The translations under genes and the position numbers were made by a program. Positions 21,901-32,277 of a stretch of DNA of 40,442 bases are shown here, one piece after another. Each line of letters begins with the position of its first letter. Positions within the stretch are counted from its first letter, which is position 1. The notes beneath the pieces were generated by a model that saw nothing but the letters and a program-made list of their open reading frames with translations, was not told the DNA's origin and ran no database searches. This DNA comes from Macrostomum lignano (lineage: Eukaryota), in the NCBI GenBank assembly GCA_002269645.1, contig NIVC01004616.1:1-40442 (forward strand), given 5' to 3'.

Positions 21901-23943
21901 TACTGGTCTATCGCCCGAAGAAAAGAACAAGAAGAATGAGCTAGTGCAGGGACTAGCGATTCAGGATCTTCTGACTTTAGACACAAGGTATAACTCCTGC
22001 TGTCCTGTCAGCAGTGTGGAATAACTAATGGGTGGTATTTTATTCAAACTTTATCGATTATTTCAGTGTGCCATCAGTATCGTGTCTGAGGACTGCAACA
22101 AGCTGTCAACTGTTTCGGAAAACGAGAGCCAACAAGCAGTACATAACAAACTTGGTACTGAGAACTCTTAAAAAGTGCCTTGATGCGTTTCATTCTCAGT
22201 TGTTTTCACCAGATTCACCAAATGGCGCAAGGAGAAGGCGCGACACATCGGGATCTCAGGGTGGAACAACAAGTAAAATAACTGCCTCTGAAGTGAAGTC
22301 CGTCCTTGAAATTGCATCCGGAGTCTATCACTCCACGCTTGACTCGACAGCAGCTGCCGATATCCAGGCTACAATTCTTAACACCGTGCCTGCCTTCTGC
22401 AACAACCAAAATCCGAACTCGCTAGCTCAAGCGGCAGCGTCTACAATGGCTGTTGTACGCGTTTACAAGACTTCTTTCAATTCGGTGGGTTCAGCCAATC
22501 TGGAGATGGGATGCGACTCAGGAAGCACCGACTGTCTATCCAATTTCAAAGTCCGTCAGCAGATTGCACTGGGAGCCGATCTTGAACAGCGCTACTATAA
22601 CTGGTCATGTGGCCAGACTGACTGCTTCCAGGACGGTGCCTGCATCGGAACCATCCTGCTGGACAAGGATCTGCTCACTCCACAGGCCAAAGTGGCTTCT
22701 CCAACGATTTCCACGCGACGCAGTCCTTTGGCCTACGTAGGAATTTTTCACCCGAGCGACGGCGCGAACCAGAATGTTTCACGCCTCAGCAATGGTGTGG
22801 CTATCACCACCAACATCAGTGGCTCTGTGAATCTCAGTAGCATCAGCCTCATATGCCGCAGCTGGAGCGGAGCCGACTGGACCCCGGATAACTGCACGAC
22901 TCGCGCGCCATTCCAGACCGACGATGGCATCTGGCACGTAACGTGTGTGTGCCATGACATATCCTCATTCATTGGCGTCTTTGAGGGACCACCAGGCTTC
23001 CAACCGGAGACAACTATCGCTCCGTCTACCACCAAAAGTGAGACTAGCCGACACTCGACACTGCAGTCGACACTCTCAGAGACGCAAACTTCAGCTGCAA
23101 CGTTTTGGAACAGCATCACGACGACTACATTACCTCCTGTAACGGCTCCGACACTCTCAAAGACGGACACTGTAGCTGTGACACTCCAAATCAGGGTTAC
23201 AGAGTCATTCTCCAGCGTCGTTACCAACGAAAGCAGCCTTCGAAGCCACCTGACGGGTCAGCTTGCGCGTCAGCTAAGGCTCGTCGAGTCGCAACTAACT
23301 GACATGGAGTTTAAAAATGGTAGCGTTCTTATCAGTTTTACCGTCAACAGTCAGTCTGGTGCCAACACTAGTGCTTCTTTCGCTGTGTATCTACTGGTGC
23401 AGCTCATGAACAACCGCCAGCTCGTGTTACTTAGCCTGAGCAACAGCAGCCTAACTGTGTCCTGGGAGTACCTGCGGCTTCTTGATGTGAAATCAGCTTT
23501 GCAGCCTACTATAAAGAATGGCAGCGACAACACTAGCATCGCTGTTGGTGCTTCAGTTGGTGCCTTTTGCCTAGTTGTGACTTTTATAGTAGTCATTCTG
23601 CTTATGCAAAGGAACAAGCGAAACTCTAAAGTCCCAGAAAAACATGAGAGCAGCTTCAGAAATGATTGGAGTACCGGCCGTGGCTCGAGAGCGATGGAGA
23701 CAAGTTGGCCAGTGGGTGTCATTCCAGTAAAGTTCGCGCCACCCCGTTGGAAAACGGTAAGACGCTCTGAAACTTTCGGTGGGATACATGCTTGCTTATT
23801 TGCATTTTCATTCTTTGCATCAACGCGCACCCGTGTCCTTCCAACACCAGGAAATGCTCAGTGAGGCGGGTCCATCGCAAATTCGAGAGTTGAGAGCTGA
23901 GCCAGTGAGGGAGCGGAGCAACTTGAATTACTATTATCTTTAA
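9984..23943 (+). CDS. Large single-pass polycystin-1/REJ-like receptor (Cys-rich ectodomain, TIG-like, REJ-like, GPS, mucin stalk, SEA-like, 1 TM), ~2,880 aa
   Basis: Phase-consistent model: 9984-10076, 10380-10478, 14048-15280, 15356-15580, 15657-15749, 15829-15930, 16064-16716, 16909-18502, 18834-19324, 19410-19983, 20073-20390, 20504-21764, 21858-21987, 22067-23756, 23851-23943 (8649 nt, ends ...NYYYL-TAA). N-terminal signal peptide MAGAMLGLWLVLQLLLTGPQDVFA; TM at 23538-23606. Uncertain boundaries: acceptors at 14048 and 18834, and donor 20391 versus 20295. Confidence 0.85.
11450..12462 (-). mobile_element. Decayed Polinton/Maverick (adintovirus-like) PLA2 plus retroviral-type integrase fragment
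   Basis: Frameshifted translation gives INPVD*TA..H..NY..KKHIADEKMIADLDAIP...ERLFRNLVKRIIEVKVCFGSG (PLA2-like), VKLHKAY, RYAWTVPFKKK, ERLCVDEGKEF*NQ, AMIERFNYTL..LW.EF..QGNQKWL, PNFNVGDKAHIS..KEHFEKG, VFTIKKV. This is the motif order I recognise from Maverick integrases. Confidence 0.75.
12463..13200 (-). mobile_element. Decayed Ty3/gypsy LTR-retrotransposon pol fragment (aspartic protease and N-terminal RT)
   Basis: ORF 12646-13188 has CVDTES (D-T-G-like protease site) and YPVP..LM..VEIELKRLLGAGNIYP. After frameshifts it reads LLPKLEEILHAIPNAK and VIDLEDA*LQIA..EESQKLTCIS, matching gypsy RT motifs up to the first catalytic Asp. Stops and frameshifts are present. It lies in intron 2 of the receptor gene. 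Confidence 0.8.
17897..18370 (+). other. Cys-rich D-C-x-G-x-C / D-x-CG-x-C-x-G repeat region of the receptor ectodomain
   Basis: DVCKICGGNGRSCIDCNGDANGTAIWNDCGNCVGG..KDCAGRCNG..WCDG..NKCGFC..GCDG..DKCGRC: a recurring Asp/Cys/Gly spacing in ORF 16973-18619. Confidence 0.6.
19005..19324 (+). other. IPT/TIG-like Ig-fold domain of the receptor
   Basis: GPPSLSSL..G..LPVRGQGF..L.CL....VPAIFDSATSVTC resembles the TIG pattern P.I.SL.P..G...V.G.GF...C.F...VPA...S.T.I.C. Confidence 0.55.
19410..21764 (+). other. REJ-like module of the receptor
   Basis: YKWKIV, YNLSVCA, PLIPIFLRGG, ITQTQWSV, YQLLLIA and especially NAPPSGGALSVTPTQGAALETSFTL (~21392-21470), which matches the characteristic PP.GG...V.P..G.AL.T.F C-terminal REJ motif. 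Confidence 0.7.
22854..22970 (+). other. GPS (GAIN C-terminal) motif, variant
   Basis: CRSWSGADWTPDNC...TCVCHDISSF fits C-x2-W...W...C...C-x-C-x-(H)-(L)-(T/S)-x-F; the canonical HL|T/S triad reads D-I-S here. Confidence 0.7.
23163..23480 (+). other. SEA-like membrane-proximal domain
   Basis: Beta-alpha..beta pattern TVAVTLQIRVTESF...LRSHLTGQLARQL....EFKNGSVLISFTV containing F-x-x-G|SV (23319-23330), directly after an S/T-rich stalk and before the TM helix. Confidence 0.6.
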
Positions 23944-24879
23944 GAAACTATTATTGAACAGACTATGAGTTTACTGCTAGTGTAGCCTTCCTTGTGTAGC
24001 TCGGGTGTTTTAACAAGAGCTGTAAGACCGAAAATGTTCTGTTAGAGACTCTGACTACTTTTGCACGTAGAACTATCATTTTTGTTACTCTGTCAAATTT
24101 ACATCTGAATCGTTATATGTACTCACGCACTAGATTTTAGTATTTGTCCCGCTGGGCCATTCAAAATTTCTCTGTATTCAGTCAAATTAAAAAATATTGA
24201 TATTAATGCTTTAAGTCGGTCCAGTGCAGCTGCATCACGGATTCAGTCACAAGGTGTGATCAAGTTCACCAGACTATTAATTCCATCTTTTTGATTACCG
24301 GCGCCCGGCCCAGGTGGATGCACTTGATAAAGCGCTCGAATCCTTCTTACCCTCACGCCCTGATAAGAGGGCATTGAGATCCAAGCCTTTTAGTCAGCCA
24401 TATGCGGAGAATTTTTGGGATGGCTCGCAGTTTTTTTAGACCTAACGCTTTAAATGAAAGCAAAATTTACTAACAAATGCTTTCTATTTATTTAGTAGTC
24501 TAACTCTAACCCATGTTTTTTTTCCAAGTTCGTGTTGACGCCCCAAATCACAGAGTGATTTTAGACTAACCCTTTTTGTTTCAACTTTATATATTTGTGT
24601 TCAAAAAACTGGTTCCTTTCTTAAGAACACTTTTTCTTAGACATGAACTTCTCTGTTGACTATTACCTGTTGACTAATGGTAAATTCAACTCAATAAGAG
24701 AATTCAACTTTTGTACGCAAAATGGCTTGCCCGATATTCAAGATTCTAGTTTTATATATTCGCTGATCGCTTGCTTGCTTGTTATAGAGTCGTTGTGAGG
24801 CTGAAATTTACTCCAGGTGATTAAACGATTCTTCAGCTTCTAATATACAATTTTCTCTAATAATCAGTTCTGATTAGAA

Positions 24880-26260
24880 TAAAATTTTTATGTTCGAGAA
24901 TTTTAACAGATCTAAGAGGGCTTACCAATGCAAAATGCTACTTAGCCAGTAGTAACCAAGCCTCCTTGATAGCTGCACTCCATTAACGTTGTACGCTAAT
25001 AGGCCTTGGTTGCGTCATGCACTCTTCACCAGCAGGTAGTCGTCAAGCCAATACTTGGGCTTTTTTAGACTTGTATCGAACTCCAGCATGTCTTTGTAGC
25101 CAGCGGACTGTACATCGCCGCCTCCATGAACTGTCAGATAGTCGCTTTTAATAAGCAGACTCGAAACTATGACTAAGTGACCACTGTAACCCGATGGCAC
25201 TTCGCTTAGCAGGGATCTGAAGTGATTTTGACTGTCAGTCGATTATAATAGCTGTGAAACAATGTTACTAATTGCTATTAGGGTTCCATGCAGCCTGACG
25301 CACATTGTCCCAGAATCAGCGCTGAGGCAATTCTGCCCATTCCACTGACTCCTGAGCACATACAGGCGCTCTGCACACCCTCACACAGGGTGTAAAGCAG
25401 CCCTGCATTTTGAGTCCCCAGGCATGTACCCAGGTTGGCCCTCATGGATATTGATCGGTGAAACTTTTGCGCTCAAGCCATAAATGACTGTCGCCACGCC
25501 ACGCACTGGAATCGGAATAGAGGCGGCATCGCTGGAGACCACGGCTTGGCGCTGCTTCCTCCCTACTCAACCCATTTGCTCAACAATCATGCAACTCTGC
25601 TGTGCAGCTGGACCACCAGCTTGCTGCATATGCAATTCCGATGTCTCCCACCTTAGTCAATTACAACTGGACAGTGAACTGCAATAGAAATTGCAATAAT
25701 GCCAGCTGGACAAGCGACTTTGCAACGGACATGAATGGATTGCAACTCTGTCCATAGCACAACTGCTCAAATTTTAAAGCATATTTGTTGAAAACGCCTC
25801 AATAACTAGCATCGGCAATCCGATGGAGATGGTCGTGACCGCCAGCTGTCAGCCCGAGCACACAGTTCGTAGATAGGTGGTGGCGAACAAGACCGGATTT
25901 CTGAGAATGCCACTGCAATCTGCGAGCCAGTCACATGCGACAATCTGCCTTACAATTTATTAGTTGCCGAGTTGATGAACCTGACTGTACATTTCCAAAC
26001 ATCAGCCAAAATGGTGAAATATTGCCGGTGAATTAGAACGCCATCGACTTTTCACTCTACTCTAAGGTGTATTACCTATGTCAATATCAAGTCTAACAAG
26101 TGTAGTCGGTTCAGGAAACGCAACATTTAATTCGCCCATCACAAACACAGGCATTGTCGATTGACCACGCGTGCAAGATTTCATTCCTGCACACTTATGC
26201 GTGCAGGATTGTAAGATAAGAACTGAGGACCAATGGATAAAGGAGACAGTATACTATCGT
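24880..26260 (-). mobile_element. Highly decayed non-LTR retrotransposon (LINE) ORF2 remnant: APE endonuclease and start of RT
   Basis: Minus-strand frames give VFVMGELNV (GDxN-like, ~26130), LLDLILT (~26090) and, ~1.1 kb further on, LSHSFES and RPISV (YRPISL-like, ~25000) in the expected order, with many stops and frameshifts. Confidence 0.5.
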
Positions 26261-27675
26261 GGAATTTAATGAACTTCTTCAGGCCGTCTCGCTTACTGTA
26301 CATTTCACAGCCATCAATTATCGATCGTTCCCTAGACCCACCTAGACCCACCTCCCCAAGCCCTCGCTGCGTCTGCCATAAAATATTTTCTACCCTTAAG
26401 CCGCGCCTCTCTGTCTGACACCCCCTTCCGTGCACAGCCAGCCCTAAAAATTAAGTTATTTTGTCTACCTAGACCTTATCCGATCGAGATTCATACTAGA
26501 GAGAGAGGGGCCCTCTTACATAGTCAATTATTTTGATAAGCGCAGCATTTTGATAAAACTTCTTAATGCTTCGCCCCCTTGACCCCTCTCTGTGCACTCA
26601 CTCAAATTTATGATGCAACTTAATAGTCAATCGACAATGGGATTCATGAGTGTAGTGACTGACGCGAAACCGAGATAATTTGCTGAGTAAGACTTCGGCC
26701 CCGCCCCGACTTGGGCATTGGTTACGATATATATATATTTAAGAGCCAACCTAAGGGTTCGATACGAGAGAAATGTACGAGCTACATTCAATTACACGTA
26801 CCCAACCTTGCACGTACATTAGCTCAATGTGCATTTGGAATAAAATAGCCCGCGCAGAGAATGAGGGTGGCCGTGTATAACAATGAGAAGTCGTACAAGT
26901 CAGTTGGAACTGTCAAGTGCAAAGAGGGCAGCTGGGACTTAGAATTACATTAGCTTACATTGATAAAAAATTAAGCAGTCACAGAGCATCATTACTTCTG
27001 GCTTCTTAACCTGCTCTTCCCTCCCTTCAGTGCAAACAGTTTCAGCAGTGACATAGTCAAGGGGTCGGCTGACCATTAAAGTAACAATGAGAGCCATTAA
27101 AAAGCCATCCATCCAGAAAGTGCAGTCTTGTCACCGAAACATTTTTATACTACCATAGACTACTTAGATCGAGTAGTATCGTACGAATATTGTACTGTAC
27201 ATAGCACTTATTCCAGAAAATAAAAAGTTTAATTGCTAAGCAATCTTTAGACCGTTCCACTCCACAGATGGCATGGCTTGTCATGGGAATTGAACAGCGG
27301 GATCCCCTGTTTTGATCTTAAATCTCAACACGCGGCTTACGAGTTGAATCGAGAAAAAAAGCGCCAAAGAAATCGTGAGCTGGCACATTTTCAAGCTCAT
27401 TTTCTTCAATTGGATATCCAATTCTCTGGCTGAAACTGATATTTGAGATCTCGCGCTCATTTTAAAAGCGTCTTCATCTGCGCTGAAAATCGCACACAGC
27501 TTGCGCTGGGAAAGCAGACAACTGCCGCATTCCTTTATCTCGTGGGATTTTCTCTTCACTTCACTTTGATTTCTCACCCGACATCAAGGAAGGAGGCTGG
27601 GACTTCACGCGCAGAAGTTTTGCTTTGGCAACGAAATTGGGGAATGAGAACCGCTGGGAGGGGTGTGTCTGGCCA

Positions 27676-27715
27676 TATAAAGACTCTCACCCCGAGAGCG
27701 CAGCGAGATTCACGC
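27676..27715 (+). promoter_or_regulatory. Putative TATA box and initiator for the secreted-peptide gene
   Basis: TATAAA at 27676-27681, a TCA initiator-like motif ~30-35 nt downstream, then an ATG-free ~100-nt leader ending at the AT|GTAAGT donor. Confidence 0.4.
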
Positions 27716-27813
27716 TGAACTGCTAACGTAGACAGAAAACTGAACGACAAACTCCCGTCAAGTTTATAAGTCACTTTTGCGATAAACCTATTAAAATAAT
27801 CTGAAGAAGAACA

Positions 27814-29149
27814 ATGTAAGTGTCTTAGCGATAGCAACTTCAGTCACAGTAACATTTTAGTCACCGATCCAATTTACCTCAACAACTTTCAAGCAACCAC
27901 ACCCAACTTCCCCCACTCTAAACTTCTCCACACCAGATTTACCACACCTGATTTACCACACCAGATTTACCACACCAGATTTACCACACCAGATTTACCA
28001 CACCAGATTTACCACACCAGATTTACCACACCAGATTTACCACACCAGATTTACCACACCAGATTTACCACACCAGATTTACCACACCAGATTTACCACA
28101 CCAGATTTACCACACCAGATTTACCACACCAGATTTACCACACCAGATTTACCACACCCAGTTCCCTACACGAAGTCTTCCCCACTCAATTCGGGATTTC
28201 CCGAACCCGCCGCAGGTCAGTCTCGCTTTTGCCGCTCTTCCTGACGGTCGCGGTGGTCGCCGCCTGCCTGACGACGCCGACGACCGCCGAGTCCGCCGCC
28301 GGCTGGCCGACCGCCGATTTTGTCGAGCGTCGCAACGACGACACGTCATCGCCGTCGTCCTCAGCGCCGTCTTCGTCCGAGGTCGACAACGCCGTCCGCG
28401 CTGAGGTCGCCTGGTGCCGGCGCCTGGTTGTCGCCGAGCGCGTCGGCGGTCTGAAGGCGGCGTGGGAACTCCTCACCGGGACTGGCGCCGTCTCTGGCCG
28501 GCCCTTGGCTAAACGGCGCGGAAAGTACATCTGGAGGTAAATCTGGTGTGGGTGTGGTAAATTGGGTGTGTTATCTTGGGTGTGGTACATCTGGTGTAGT
28601 TAATCTGGTGTGGAAAATCTGGTGTGGTAAATCTGGTGTGGTAAATCTGGTGTGGTTAATCTTGTGTGGTAAATCTTGTGTGGTAAATCTGGTGTGGTAA
28701 ATATGGTGTGGTAAATCTGGTGTGGTAAATCTGGTGTGGTAAATCTAGTGTGGTAAATCTAGTGTGGTAAATCTCGTGTGGTAAATTGGGTATGGTAAAT
28801 CTGGTGTGGTAAATCTGGTGTGGATAATCTGGAGTGGAAAATCTGGTGTGGAAAATCTGGTGTGGTAAATCTAGTGTGGTAAATTGGGTATGGTAAATCT
28901 GGTGTGGTAAATTTGGTTTTGCATACTGTTTTTGGTAAATTGGGTATGGTAAACATTTTATACTGTAAATTTTGCTATACTCGTAAGTATGGGGCAGAAA
29001 TCTGGTGTTTCGAATGAAGTGTGGTAATTGAAAAAAATGGTCTGGTACAAAATGACTGTTTAGTTTTGTTTGTGTTTATTGTCTGCACTAATTAAATAAT
29101 AATAAACTTATTGTACGACCGAATTTATTAAATAAATTTCAGGCTGTGA
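27814..29149 (+). CDS. Small secreted peptide / neuropeptide-like precursor, 109 aa, start codon split by an intron
   Basis: AT(27814-27815)|GTAAGT intron 27816-28215 ..CAG|G gives ATG. Exon 28216-28536 has strong GC3 bias, no stops, and supplies signal peptide MSVSLLPLFLTVAVVAACLTTPTTA plus dibasic sites RR, RR, KRR. Donor AG|GTAAAT at 28537; acceptor TTTCAG|G at 29143 gives R-L-TGA (29147-29149). The ORF-track start at 28229 is only a TTG. Confidence 0.7.
27929..28160 (+). repeat. 14-bp tandem array (ACCACACCAGATTT)n, left arm
   Basis: About 16 near-perfect copies inside intron 1 of the peptide gene. Confidence 0.95.
28537..28955 (-). repeat. 14-bp tandem array (GTAAATCTGGTGTG)n, right arm, reverse complement of 27929-28160
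   Basis: More degenerate copies beginning exactly at the splice donor at 28537. Confidence 0.95.
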
Positions 29150-29424
29150 GGTGCAGCAGATTCAGTCTGGAGTGTGTCTCAGAATGCTGAGAGTTGAATC
29201 TCAGCTGCAGTTACTTTTATTGTCATCTGATCCACTGCGACCCGACAAAACTTGCTGATTAAGTACATCGAACCTTCAACTGTCACTGCTTCAAGAGGCA
29301 GCAAAAGAGTTGCAAAAATACAAAGAGACAGGGGCAGCCACCGTCAGAGGAATTTTGCTTGCAATGCTCAGATCTTTGAGCTGGTATTTTCTGCTTCTTT
29401 CTTTGCCTGGCATTTCTTAAAAGA

Positions 29425-29880
29425 GATGAAGGGAGGGGATTGTGGCTGGTCGGGAGATAAAGGGAGAGGACTGTGGTAGGTTGTGAAATGAAGGGAGAGG
29501 AGTGTGGTAGGTTGTGAAATGAAGGGAGAGGAGTGTGGTAGGTCGAGAGATGAAGGGAGAGGATTGTGGTAGGTTGTGAAATCAAGGGAGAGGAGTGTGG
29601 TATGTCGGGAAATGAAGGGAGAAGGATTGTGGTAGGTCGGGAGATGAAGGGATAGGACTGCAATAGGTCGGGAGATGAAGGGAGAGGAGTGTGGTAGGTC
29701 GGGAGATGAAGGGAGAGGACTTTGGCTGGTCGGGAGATGAAGGGAGAGGACTTTGGTAGGTTGTGAAATGAAGGGAGAGGAGTGTGGTAGGTCGAGAGAT
29801 GAAGGGAGAGGACTGTGGTAGGTTGAGAGATGAAGCTGAGAGGACTGTGGTAGGTCGGGGGATGAAGGCAGAGGATTATG
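29425..29880. repeat. 31-bp purine-rich minisatellite
   Basis: (GTAGGTYGKGARATGAAGGGAGAGGASTGTG)n; AGGGAGAGG at 29461, 29492... Confidence 0.9.
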
Positions 29881-30161
29881 GTTAGTCGAGAAGGAAGTCG
29901 CTTATCATATCCTATGCTTTTCAAACCATACAGAATAAATAATTAGATTACAGACCGTGAGGAAATCAAGTCAGACAAACCGACAACCCAAAGAATAATG
30001 AGACATGAGCTTGGGGAGTCTTTGCTGCTGACATCAGAGCCTCTGCATGTGGCTGTCAGATGGATTTAGTTTTTTTCATTCAAAACTACCAGCTTTGACT
30101 GTGGGCAGGGTTGATGCGCTTAGAAGTCTTGAATGTCACAGAACGAGAGCAGAATCAGATA

Positions 30162-31128
<967 letters not shown>

Positions 31129-31442
31129 GGTAGACGCTGACAAAAGGCAGAGAAAAAAGAAAAAGACACAAAAGACTTTCCTGATTGCCAATTATTTCCA
31201 CATAATTCTTCCATTGCTCTAATATTAATGAACCAATTATCCAATCCACGTTCAAGACCGTTGGCTGAAGCAATTTTTTACGCAAAAGTCAGAAAGTAGT
31301 CTTAACGCAGCTTGGAGTGAACAGCCAGCCTCAGTCCTCGTGTTCAATTATTGGCTGGCATGACCACTACGGACTGGAAGTTTGTCAGGCCAAGCTGCAT
31401 CAAATAGGCTTCATCCGACATGAACAAAGTAGAGACAGCGTC

Positions 31443-32108
31443 ATGGCCAGCAACAGCAGCAGCGACACGGCCACGGCCGGTTGGAATTTCTTCCTTGGCG
31501 ACACCATCGTGATCCTGGTGGTGGGCCTGGCCGCGGCCATCCTGCTGGCCTACTGCCTGTTCCGCTGCTGCTTCCGCGACCATCCGTCCTGCCCGCCCAA
31601 GGACATCGAGCGCATGGTCGAGGAGGACGACGACTCCGACTCAGACGATTATGACGACTTGACTGACGATGACGGCAACAACGAAGGCGACTCTGGCGAT
31701 GTTGCAAGCGACGAAGAAGAAGAAGGCGCTCAGGAACTCGAGTGTTGGCAGTATTTCGGCATGGCAACCGATGAAGAGTGGCACCAGGAGTTCGACAGCA
31801 GCGCTGGCAGCAGCGAAGCTGAGCAGCCCTGCTCCCACCAGCTGCACGAGGGCGGGGAAGCGTCGGTGGTCACGGCGGTGCACCACCAGCACCCGTCTTG
31901 CAGTCGGCCGCTGCTGTTGCAGTCGCCGCAGGCCTCGCCATTGAGCTCCGCAGCGTCGGTGCTGGCCCAGCTGCAGCGGCAGCACCGGTGGCGGCAGCTG
32001 AGGCGGCTTCAAATGATGGAGCAGCGGCAGCTGATGCCGGCTCAGACTCTGGTGCAGCTGCAGCCCGACAGCGAGGGAGGCACTGCGACCAGGGTTGAGT
32101 TGCTGTGA
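31443..32108 (+). CDS. Single-exon type III single-pass membrane protein with acidic and Gln-rich cytoplasmic tail, 221 aa, unknown family
   Basis: First in-frame ATG at 31443 (the ORF-track start at 31317 is GTG). MASNSS (N-glycosylation sequon), hydrophobic FFLGDTIVILVVGLAAAILLAYCLF, juxtamembrane C-LFR-CC, Asp/Glu-rich tract, GC3-rich codons in the 5' half. Confidence 0.65.
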   Translation: MASNSSSDTATAGWNFFLGDTIVILVVGLAAAILLAYCLFRCCFRDHPSCPPKDIERMVEEDDDSDSDDYDDLTDDDGNNEGDSGDVASDEEEEGAQELECWQYFGMATDEEWHQEFDSSAGSSEAEQPCSHQLHEGGEASVVTAVHHQHPSCSRPLLLQSPQASPLSSAASVLAQLQRQHRWRQLRRLQMMEQRQLMPAQTLVQLQPDSEGGTATRVELL

Positions 32109-32109
32109 T

Positions 32110-32277
32110 GGATAGATAGATATGGGTATAGATATGGATATAGATATAGATATAGATATAGATATAGATATAAATAGTTATAGTTATAGGTATAGACATG
32201 CATATGGGTATAGGTATAGATAATAGATATAGATGTTGGTACATGTATAGATATAGATATAGATATAGATATAGATA
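32110..32277. repeat. (ATATAG)n / (ATAG)n microsatellite
   Basis: Starts immediately after the stop codon of 31443-32108. Confidence 0.9.

Noticed and set aside
14138-23830. Many antisense and alternate-frame ORFs over the receptor gene (e.g. 17314-17733, 20492-20863, 22748-23227, 23351-23830)
   Set aside because: Shadow ORFs of long sense exons, with no independent domain signal.
26900-27580. Minus-strand fragments ELENVPAHDFFGAFFLDSTRK and SADPLTMSLLKLF, weakly like Crypton/DUF3504 tyrosine recombinases
   Set aside because: Only two short, frameshifted resemblances and no catalytic R-H-R-Y motifs seen; would need tBLASTn/HMM support.
31600-31800. TRAF-binding-like motifs (SDEE, TDEE) in the membrane protein, suggesting a functional cluster with the TRAF gene
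   Set aside because: The (P/S/A/T)x(Q/E)E motif is expected by chance in an acidic tract, and the genes are 26 kb apart with no evidence of linkage.
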